The notes under the pieces are model-generated. The model searched no databases, was not told where the DNA came from, and saw only the letters and a list, made by a program, of their open reading frames with translations. From the IMG/VR virus record IMGVR_UViG_3300003375_000020, positions 19,380 to 83,379 of that record: a DNA stretch of 64,000 nt; one strand, written 5' to 3'. Source of the DNA: a virus. Its lineage: Duplodnaviria > Caudoviricetes. Below, piece by piece: positions 18,682 to 25,373 of this stretch (its first letter is position 1; each line of letters begins with the position of its first letter). Position numbers and translations under genes: made by a program.

Positions 18682-19224
18682 ATGAGAAAGAAAATTATTT
18701 TTATTGATGTTGATGGGCCATTGGCTTGGGCAACATGGTACGATGGTAAAGTGAAGATAAACGAAAATACTATGAATGAGTTTACAATACCTTACCCATT
18801 AGTAAAAGAGGATTGTGAAGCATTGCAAGAAATTTGTGACAAGACTAATGCAGAATTAGTATTATCATCAGATTGGAAGTTACACTTTACTCTTAGACAA
18901 ATGAGTGATACATTTATTGAGTTTGGTATTCATGCTCCATTGATTGATATCACAACACATATGAGTAGTAGAAAGCTGGGAATTTGGAATAAGATGAGTA
19001 ATCCATCCTTAGAGTTTGAAAGAGCACATCAGATTGTAAAATGGGTTAAAGATAATAAGATTAGTAACTGGATTGCAATTGATGATATGAAATTAAGTGC
19101 AGAGTTCAAATGGATGAAACATCGTATCCCAATGTGGAGGCATGTACAAGTTGATGGAGATTTTGGACGTGGTGGAAGATTGAGAGATAAGGTAGATGAA
19201 TGTATTAATAAACTAAACCGATAA
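18682..19224 (+). CDS. HAD-domain protein (RNA-repair-associated HAD type)
   Basis: FIDVDG, VLSSDW, WIAIDD; true start 18682 (AAAGTTATG), since the ORF-track start lies inside tRNA-Arg. Confidence 0.8.
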   Translation: MRKKIIFIDVDGPLAWATWYDGKVKINENTMNEFTIPYPLVKEDCEALQEICDKTNAELVLSSDWKLHFTLRQMSDTFIEFGIHAPLIDITTHMSSRKLGIWNKMSNPSLEFERAHQIVKWVKDNKISNWIAIDDMKLSAEFKWMKHRIPMWRHVQVDGDFGRGGRLRDKVDECINKLNR

Positions 19225-19297
19225 GGCGAGTTGTCCGAGTGGATAAAGGCACAGCACTGCAAACGCTGTTACGTGAGTTCAATTCTCACCTTAACCT
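19225..19297 (+). tRNA. tRNA-Cys(GCA), degenerate acceptor stem
   Basis: CAGC-A-CTGCAAA-C-GCTG; GTGAG-TTCAATT-CTCAC; U discriminator. Confidence 0.65.
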
Positions 19298-19326
19298 CTT
19301 TTGGATCTTTGACATATGGAATTTAT

Positions 19327-19402
19327 CGAGATGTGGACCAATTGGCTAGGTCGCTTCATTTGGGATGAAGACATCGTGCAAGTTCGACCCTTGTCATCTC
19401 GA
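19327..19402 (+). tRNA. tRNA-Pro(TGG)
   Basis: CGAGATG/CATCTCG; CTTCA-TTTGGGA-TGAAG. Confidence 0.92.
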
Positions 19403-19493
19403 CTAAAGCTAATTTAATTCTTTTATCCCTGCTTGGAGTAAAAGTATGAAATAAACATAGTGCTTTATAACATAAAAGATAGAATTAGTATTT

Positions 19494-19568
19494 GGGGAGT
19501 CATGTACCAAGGCTTGGCGATGCTGCTTTGCAAGCAGCGTGTGGACGGTTCGATACCGTTACTCTCCA
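19494..19568 (+). tRNA. tRNA-Ala(TGC)
   Basis: GGGGAGT/ACTCTCC with G3.U; GCTGC-TTTGCAA-GCAGC. Confidence 0.92.
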
Positions 19569-19649
19569 CTATAGGGTGTAATTATACCTACAACAAAGGG
19601 AAGTTTCAGAGATGGTTCCTAATCGCACTCTTTCAAATGCGATGGATAT

Positions 19650-19725
19650 GGGCGCTTCGCTTAGCTGGTTTTAAAGCGTCACTCTTACAAAGTGAAGATC
19701 ATCCGTTCGACTCGGATAGTGCCTA
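19650..19725 (+). tRNA. tRNA-Val(TAC)
   Basis: GGGCGCT/AGTGCCT; TCACT-CTTACAA-AGTGA. Confidence 0.92.
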
Positions 19726-19780
19726 CAAAGAGGACAAAATGTATAGTAGCCTCAAGGATGATATCTCCTACTATACTCAT

Positions 19781-19852
19781 GCAGCAGTAGCTCAAAGGAA
19801 GAGCGTCACATTGCCAATGTGAAGGTTGAGATTTCGAAATTCTTTTGCTGCT
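19781..19852 (+). tRNA. tRNA-Gly(GCC)
   Basis: GCAGCAG/TTGCTGC; TCACA-TTGCCAA-TGTGA. Confidence 0.92.
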
Positions 19853-19857
19853 CATAT

Positions 19858-19929
19858 TGCTTATTAGTATAACGGCTAGTACATTTGGTTTTGGTCCAAA
19901 TAGTTGGGGTTCGAATCCCTGATAAGCAT
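19858..19929 (+). tRNA. tRNA-Gln(TTG)
   Basis: TGCTTAT/ATAAGCA; TTTGG-TTTTGGT-CCAAA. Confidence 0.92.
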
Positions 19930-19934
19930 CATAA

Positions 19935-20016
19935 GGAGAGTCCTAAAGGAGTAGTTAGCTGTCTTGAAAACAGTGAAGAGGTAACACTTGTGAGGGTTCG
20001 AGTCCGTCACTCTCCG
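19935..20016 (+). tRNA. tRNA-Ser(TGA), atypical D-arm
   Basis: GGAGAGT/ACTCTCC; GCTGT-CTTGAAA-ACAGT; long variable arm. Confidence 0.8.
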
Positions 20017-20120
20017 CTAAAACATTCCGAAACCCAGGCACAAATTGTTGGTGGAGTATGATACGTAAAGTATCCCGAGACAGCAGGGGAAATAACGTTA
20101 AGAGGAATGTTTTTTAATAT

Positions 20121-20192
20121 GGGTCTTGAAGCTTTAAGGTGAAGTGCATGTTTGTGGCACATGAGAACTCGGTTCGATACCGTGCTAGACCC
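20121..20192 (+). tRNA. tRNA-His(GTG) with encoded G-1
   Basis: GGGTCT/AGACCC; CATGT-TTGTGGC-ACATG. Confidence 0.85.
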
Positions 20193-20275
20193 CGGCACCA
20201 TGATAAAACTTGGTACGTAACAAGTGGATAGAAGATTATGTCTAGGCTAGATAGGTTTTGCTTTTATCAAATTTT

Positions 20276-20360
20276 GGAAGTTTGCTCGAAAGGTAAGAGG
20301 CCAGTTTGCTAAACTGAAGCCTGGGTAAAACCAGAAGTGGCTCGGTACCACTAACTTCCG
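20276..20360 (+). tRNA. tRNA-Ser(GCT)
   Basis: GGAAGTT/AACTTCC; CAGT-TTGCTAA-ACTG; variable arm CTGG-GTAAAA-CCAG. Confidence 0.88.
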
Positions 20361-20432
20361 CTACTTTACACAAAGTGTATGGTGCTGGCAAGACTTAAAA
20401 ATGGTCTCGAAGACAATGCCTAAAGTTGTCCT

Positions 20433-20457
20433 CTCTACCTACGGGGTAGAGTTTTTT
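20433..20457 (+). terminator. Intrinsic terminator inside the tRNA array
   Basis: CTCTACC/GGTAGAG stem + T6 abutting tRNA-Ile. Confidence 0.7.
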
Positions 20458-20529
20458 GGAGATATAGTAGAATGGTAAGCACACATGACTGATACTCATG
20501 GAATCCAAGTTCGAGCCTTGGTATCTCCA
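20458..20529 (+). tRNA. tRNA-Ile(GAT)
   Basis: GGAGATA/TATCTCC; CATGA-CTGATAC-TCATG. Confidence 0.92.
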
Positions 20530-20539
20530 CACAATATAA

Positions 20540-20627
20540 GGACGGGTTGCTTTAGAGGCCGAAAAGTCTAGACTGTTAATCTAGTGTCGAAAGACCATCG
20601 TGAGTTCGAATCTCACCTCGTCCTCCA
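20540..20627 (+). tRNA. tRNA-Asn(GTT) with long variable arm and encoded CCA
   Basis: GGACGGG/CTCGTCC; CTAGA-CTGTTAA-TCTAG; GTC-GAAA-GAC variable arm. Confidence 0.85.
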
Positions 20628-20636
20628 CATTTATAA

Positions 20637-20718
20637 GCCAACGTCGCATAGTGGCAATTGCAGCAGACTGTAAATTTGTTCTCTTCGGAGTTCGAAGGTT
20701 CGAGTCCTTCCGGTGGCA
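20637..20718 (+). tRNA. tRNA-Tyr(GTA)
   Basis: GCCAACG/CGGTGGC; CTGTAAA loop; CTC-TTCG-GAG variable arm. Confidence 0.92.
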
Positions 20719-20730
20719 CATTAAAAATAT

Positions 20731-20768
20731 AGTTTTTATATACAGCTTAATGTAGTATATTTACTATA
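20731..20768 (+). promoter_or_regulatory. Putative internal promoter upstream of tRNA-Glu
   Basis: TTTTTATATAC...GTAGTATATTTAC resembles the other promoter elements. Confidence 0.5.
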
Positions 20769-20779
20769 TATTAAACAAT

Positions 20780-20851
20780 GCTCTTGTCATCTAATGGTTA
20801 GGATGTCAAATTTTCGATTTGAAAATGAGGGTTCGATTCCCTTCAAGAGTA
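20780..20851 (+). tRNA. tRNA-Glu(TTC)
   Basis: GCTCTTG/CAAGAGT; TCAAA-TTTTCGA-TTTGA. Confidence 0.92.
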
Positions 20852-20877
20852 CTTTTAAATCACTATACAATAAATAA

Positions 20878-20954
20878 CGAAAGTGGGGCTGCTAGGCTGT
20901 GGCCGCTGGATTGTCACTCCAGATATCAGGCGAGTTCGAATCTCGTACTTTCGG
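20878..20954 (+). tRNA. tRNA-Asp(GTC)
   Basis: CGAAAGT/ACTTTCG; CTGGA-TTGTCAC-TCCAG; G73. Confidence 0.88.
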
Positions 20955-21029
20955 CAGAATGTTACCTATTGGAATAACCAGCGCATGACGTGGTTGGCGT
21001 CCGACTTGGAGAGTAGGTAATTTTTCATT

Positions 21030-21101
21030 GATCCTTAGCTCATCAGGTTAGAGCAAGTGACTCATAATCATTAGGTGACCAGTTCGAGTCTGGTAGGATC
21101 A
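21030..21101 (+). tRNA. tRNA(CAT), Met or Ile2
   Basis: GATCCT/AGGATC; AGTGA-CTCATAA-TCATT. Confidence 0.88.
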
Positions 21102-21111
21102 ACTTTAATAT

Positions 21112-21181
21112 TGCGAGGAAGTGAATAGGTATCACGCTAGTCTCATAAGCTAGAGAACCGGATCAATACCGGCGATCGCAA
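21112..21181 (+). tRNA. tRNA(CAT), Met-type, partly degenerate
   Basis: TGCGA/TCGCA; CTAGT-CTCATAA-GCTAG; T-loop ATCAATA. Confidence 0.7.
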
Positions 21182-21404
21182 CTAAAATTTTGCTAGAAAG
21201 TAAATGAGTGATGTAGTTATAGAAGTGTAAAGACTATCGCATTACAGTAGTATCAGCTACGTTCATTTATTAGTATAGGTAGTTAGCTTGGGCGGTTGGC
21301 TGAAACGAAGTAATTCGTAGTCATATTAATATAAGGATAGGTTAAATTCCTATACGGTTCTTTCTAACTTACTACACTCTGATAAGTGTACAAAATTTTA
21401 AAAT

Positions 21405-21476
21405 CGCATTATGGTGAAAAGGCTATCACAGAGTCCTCATAAGGCTTTATTCCAATTTCGAGTATTGGTAATGCGA
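21405..21476 (+). tRNA. tRNA(CAT), Met-type
   Basis: CGCATTA/TAATGCG; GAGTC-CTCATAA-GGCTT. Confidence 0.85.
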
Positions 21477-21481
21477 CATTT

Positions 21482-21556
21482 GGTTGATTAGTTCAGCTGG
21501 TTTAAGAACACTTGCCTTGTAAGCATGAGACTTCGGTTCGAATCCGAAATTGACCT
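21482..21556 (+). tRNA. tRNA-Thr(TGT)
   Basis: GGTTGAT/ATTGACC; CTTGTAA loop. Confidence 0.9.
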
Positions 21557-21649
21557 CCCTAGTTATACCAGAGAAGTTAGGTAGTATAAACAGCCCTCCT
21601 GTCCACAGGTCACCGCGAGGAGGTTGGTTGGTGACGAGGCTTCTCAAAT

Positions 21650-21721
21650 GCAGATATCGTATAATGGCTATTACTCCATCCTTCCAAGTTGGAGATGTAG
21701 GTTCGATTCCTATTATCTGCT
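21650..21721 (+). tRNA. tRNA-Gly(TCC)
   Basis: GCAGATA/TATCTGC; CTTCCAA loop. Confidence 0.9.
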
Positions 21722-21941
21722 CACGAGCTGGTTATAAATAATCAACAGCTAGTTCCATCCTGAATGATGAGAAGCGGAGGTGATGCCCGTATGGATTCCT
21801 AGAGTGTAGTAGGGGAACACTTAAAGCTCATCAAGCTTGTACCTAATAAAGTCAAATTGATTATTCCTAACTTATTCGGTTTGGAACCGGGTAAGGACAG
21901 CTAAGACACCTGTGAGTTGGATAAATAAAGGTGTCACTTTT

Positions 21942-22017
21942 GGTCCTGTAGCATAACGGATTAATGCAACAATCTTCTAAATTGTTTTTTATAAGAGTTC
22001 GAATCTCTTCAGGACCT
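21942..22017 (+). tRNA. tRNA-Arg(TCT)
   Basis: GGTCCTG/CAGGACC; ACAAT-CTTCTAA-ATTGT. Confidence 0.92.
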
Positions 22018-22033
22018 CTAAAAATGAAAGAAT

Positions 22034-22237
22034 ATGATTTGGTTAATTGAACTGATTTGGTTATTAAGTATTGTATATGTCATTCATAGAATGATAGGAA
22101 GTAATAATAAAAAATCTTTAGATGGTGTTATAGGAAACACGCCAGGATTTGATGCAATAATATTTGTATGGGGAGCACCATTTTTTGCATTAGTTGATTT
22201 AGGTGCAAGATGGATTTCACACATGAAGCATAAATAA
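22034..22237 (+). CDS. Small membrane protein
   Basis: Two hydrophobic segments. Confidence 0.55.
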   Translation: MIWLIELIWLLSIVYVIHRMIGSNNKKSLDGVIGNTPGFDAIIFVWGAPFFALVDLGARWISHMKHK

Positions 22238-22241
22238 AAAT

Positions 22242-22270
22242 TGTTGAGTGGCGAAATTGGCAGACGCACC
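22242..22270 (+). pseudogene. Orphan 5' fragment of a Leu-type tRNA (D-arm only)
   Basis: TGGCGAAATTGGCAGACGCACC D-arm, then truncated just before the endonuclease promoter. Confidence 0.7.
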
Positions 22271-22305
22271 TTTTTGTTAATTTATAATATTTATCATAAA
22301 GAGGT

Positions 22306-22971
22306 ATGAGTGCTATAATTTATGAAACGGTAAATTTATTTAACAAAAAGAATAACATACTTCCTTATAGGTATATTGGAAGTGATCAACACAACAAACC
22401 TAGCTATTTAGGAAGCAGTAAAGAACTATGTGTAGATATAAAAAAACTAGGAGTAGATCAATTTGAAAAAAGAACTCTTTGTGAATTTAAAGAGGAGATT
22501 TCTAATATACTGCTAAGAAAAATAGAATCTCAAATTCAAACCTATTTAGGAGTAGCAAAAGATGAAACTTATTACAACAGGACAAATAGCTCTCTTAGAG
22601 GTTATGAGGAAACTGATGAACAGAGAGAAGCTAGAAAAGTTAACTTGTTAAAGAATAGAAAAATTTGGTGGGAATCTCTAACTGAAGAACAAAGGGAAGA
22701 AGAAAAAAAGAAAAGTGGAAAGTTTTTAGCCGCTTATAATAGATCAACTAAAGGAAAAACTTATGAGGAGATTTTTGGAGCAGAAAAAGCAAAGCTTAAA
22801 AAAGAGAAACACTCAGGAGGCAACAACAGTAATGCTAAAAAAGTATTACATAAGCCTTCAAATAAAATTTTTAATTCTGCTTTGGAGGCAATGAACTTTT
22901 TTAGCATAAAAAGATATGGAAGTTTGTATACAAGAATTAAAAAAGGTGAATTTGAATTTTTAAAAAGCTAA
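22306..22971 (+). mobile_element. Seg-like GIY-YIG homing endonuclease
   Basis: IIYETVNL...YRYIGSD....YLGS; ETYYN; GKTYEEIFG. Confidence 0.82.
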
Positions 22972-22975
22972 ACAC

Positions 22976-23130
22976 TGTTTCCTGGCGAAACGCTGAAAAG
23001 CTTGGCAGACGCGCTCCTCTTGTCTCGAGGGTGTGGAGCAACTAATAAAGATTGGATAATGGGTTGACCACAAAGCGCGCAATGTCCTCTTCCTAAAGTC
23101 CACGTCATGGTTCGAATCCATGGGAAACAG
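22976..23130 (+). ncRNA. Oversized (155 nt) tRNA-like RNA with GTC in the anticodon position
   Basis: TGTTTCC/GGAAACA acceptor, CATGG-TTCGAAT-CCATG T-arm, Leu-type D-arm with hairpin insert, about 70-nt variable region. Confidence 0.7.
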
Positions 23131-23209
23131 CAATAGTACGTTCGTAAGTAGCCGGTTTAAAACTATTCAAATAAGGAAACACGGCCTCCCTAAAAATGGG
23201 GGACATCAA

Positions 23210-23282
23210 GCACCTGTAGCCCAACGGGAGAGGCAATAGACTTAGGATCTATTCAGTGTCGGTTCGAATCCGACTAGGTGTA
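23210..23282 (+). tRNA. tRNA-Leu(TAG) with short variable loop
   Basis: GCACCTG/TAGGTGT; ATAGA-CTTAGGA-TCTAT. Confidence 0.88.
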
Positions 23283-23390
23283 CAAAAGAAACAGAAGTGT
23301 TTAATGAATGTAGTTTTCTCATTATGTTTCTTCCGGCCGTAGTTAGACTTCAAGATAAACTCATTCAAAGCTGGGTCGCTCCCAGTGCAT

Positions 23391-23465
23391 GCCTGTGTGA
23401 CGTAAATGGCATACCGTATCAGACTTAAAATCTGAGTCATGTGGGTTCGAATCCCATCACTGGTA
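23391..23465 (+). tRNA. tRNA-Leu(TAA) with short variable loop
   Basis: GCCTGTG/CACTGGT; TCAGA-CTTAAAA-TCTGA. Confidence 0.88.
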
Positions 23466-23497
23466 CTTTTAATATTTATTAAAAAAAGGAGGTTTAC

Positions 23498-23962
23498 ATG
23501 GAAAGGCAATTTAGAACATTAGAAAAGCGCCAACCAATTGATTTGATTCCGTATGTTAAAGATCATTTAATAAAATTCCCAGATTCTGAGATTTTAGTTG
23601 GATGTGATTCTCAAAATCAAGGAAGAAAAACTATTTACGCAGTAGTAATTGGTATGTACAACCCAGGTAAAGGAGCTCATGTATTATTTGCGATGTTCGA
23701 CGAACCAAGAGTAAGATTGACTGAAAACTCAGTTAGATTATTAAATGAAGTTTGGTATTCAGTAGAAGTAGCAGAAAAATTAAAATCAGAATTAGGAATA
23801 ATTGCAAAATGGATTGATATAGATTTAAATCCAGATCCTAAATGGCAGTCTAATAAAGCATTAACTAACGCAGTTGGTATCGTAACTAGCATGGGTTACC
23901 ATGTTAGACACAAAGGACTTTCTCCAGTTATGACTTATGCTGCTGACAAATTAGTTAAATAA
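23498..23962 (+). CDS. RNase H-like YkuK/DUF458 family protein
   Basis: VGCDSQ, GKGAH, RLLNEVWYS, IDIDLN, G.GY....K......AAD. Confidence 0.82.
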   Translation: MERQFRTLEKRQPIDLIPYVKDHLIKFPDSEILVGCDSQNQGRKTIYAVVIGMYNPGKGAHVLFAMFDEPRVRLTENSVRLLNEVWYSVEVAEKLKSELGIIAKWIDIDLNPDPKWQSNKALTNAVGIVTSMGYHVRHKGLSPVMTYAADKLVK

Positions 23963-23986
23963 TTTAAATGAATATTAATGTATCTT

Positions 23987-24043
23987 AAAAAATAGTACTA
24001 TATTTATAAAGGAACCTTCCCTAAAAATATAGTACTATTTTTT
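23987..24043. repeat. 19-bp perfect inverted repeat over a promoter motif, ending at a start codon
   Basis: AAAAAATAGTACTATATTT (23987-24005) / AAATATAGTACTATTTTTT (24025-24043). Confidence 0.9.
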
Positions 24044-25102
24044 ATGTCAGAAAATAAAATCCTTTTTATCTTAAAAAGAAAAGAAGACTATCATTCGGTT
24101 ATAGACTCTCACATTGGCCTAAGTACAGGTCTTTATAATTCAGCAAATTTTATGAATGAAATGCTCCAAAAAGCAGGACGTAATAGTAAATTAGTTGTTG
24201 TTATAGATAATAATGATATAGATAGAGAAGTTAATTTATTTAAGCCAACTCACGTTATTATAGAAGCTCTTTGGGTTGTTCCTAGTAAATTTAGTGTACT
24301 TTGTAAATTGCATCCTAATGTTAAATGGATTATCAGATTGCATAGTGAAGTTCCATTTTTAGCAAATGAAGGTATCGCATTTGATTGGATTGCAGACTAT
24401 GCTAGATTTAACAATATTGTTATTGCTGCTAATGCTCCAAGAGCTTTAAAAGAAGTAAGAATGTATGTTAAAAGAGTATTAGATTTAACTACTCAAGAAG
24501 TTGAAGATAAAATTATATACCTTCCAAATTTTTATCCACAAGAATATAAATCTAAGATTCTTGATAAGAAAAAAGATACTATAGATATAGGTTGTTTTGG
24601 AGCGGTAAGACCTTTAAAAAATCACATGCTACAAGCAATTGCTGCAGTTAAATTTGCAGATAAAATAGGAAAGAAATTAAACTTCCATATAAACGCAGGT
24701 AGAATTGAAATGAAAGGAGAACCTGTTCTTCATAATTTAAAAGGATTTTTTACTCAGTTATACCCAACTGGTCATAGATTAATAAATCATGATTGGCAAC
24801 CTAGAGAAGAGTTTATTAAAACATGTGCAGCGATGGATCTAGGAATGCAATGTTCATTTTCTGAAACTTTTAATATAGTTGGTGCTGATTTAATAAGTCA
24901 AGGCGTTCCTTTAATTGGATCAACAGAAATTCCATGGATAGATTCTACATGGTGTGCGAATCCTGTAGAAGTAGATGAGATATATGATGCTTTATTAAAA
25001 AGCTATAATATTTATAAGCTGAATGTATTTTTTAACAGATGGTATTTAAAAATGTACACTTCTAAAACTAGAAGAATCTGGAAAAGATACTTTAAAAAAT
25101 AA
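24044..25102 (+). CDS. GT-B fold glycosyltransferase (GT4-like)
   Basis: IGCFGAVRPLKN; SFSETFNIVGAD acceptor/donor motif. Confidence 0.75.
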   Translation: MSENKILFILKRKEDYHSVIDSHIGLSTGLYNSANFMNEMLQKAGRNSKLVVVIDNNDIDREVNLFKPTHVIIEALWVVPSKFSVLCKLHPNVKWIIRLHSEVPFLANEGIAFDWIADYARFNNIVIAANAPRALKEVRMYVKRVLDLTTQEVEDKIIYLPNFYPQEYKSKILDKKKDTIDIGCFGAVRPLKNHMLQAIAAVKFADKIGKKLNFHINAGRIEMKGEPVLHNLKGFFTQLYPTGHRLINHDWQPREEFIKTCAAMDLGMQCSFSETFNIVGADLISQGVPLIGSTEIPWIDSTWCANPVEVDEIYDALLKSYNIYKLNVFFNRWYLKMYTSKTRRIWKRYFKK

Positions 25103-25113
25103 AATATTAAAAA

Positions 25114-25320
25114 ATGGCACATCACAATCACAAATTACAGATCTCTTTTTGGGAAAATGGACACTTAGTACATGAAGTATTTGAACATCCTACCCAAGAT
25201 GGTGTATATCGTAAATTAGAAGAGTTTCAAAAACGTACTACTCAATACACATTTAAAGTTTATAATGGTGAAGATGAATTATTAGAATCTAAAGGAGTAG
25301 AAATAGACACTTACGCATAG
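25114..25320 (+). CDS. Hypothetical protein
   Basis: ORF after the glycosyltransferase. Confidence 0.5.
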   Translation: MAHHNHKLQISFWENGHLVHEVFEHPTQDGVYRKLEEFQKRTTQYTFKVYNGEDELLESKGVEIDTYA

Positions 25321-25373
25321 TAGTATCTTATTTACATATATACTAAGTATATTTATTAGAAATAATAATTTAC

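Noticed and set aside
19570-19780. Short hairpins in spacers around tRNA-Val (e.g. ATCGCA/TGCGAT, GTATAGTAG/CTACTATAC) as extra tRNAs
   Set aside because: No cloverleaf or T-loop; probably processing stems
21282-21325. Hammerhead-like GAAA-stem-GUA at 21302-21319
   Set aside because: The upstream CUGANGA core is missing; kept only as part of the unclassified ncRNA
19460-21741. ORFs 19460-19822, 20007-20201, 21447-21647, 21550-21741, 17641-17892 and 23249-23509
   Set aside because: They overlap tRNA genes; GC-rich RNA sequence simply lacks stop codons
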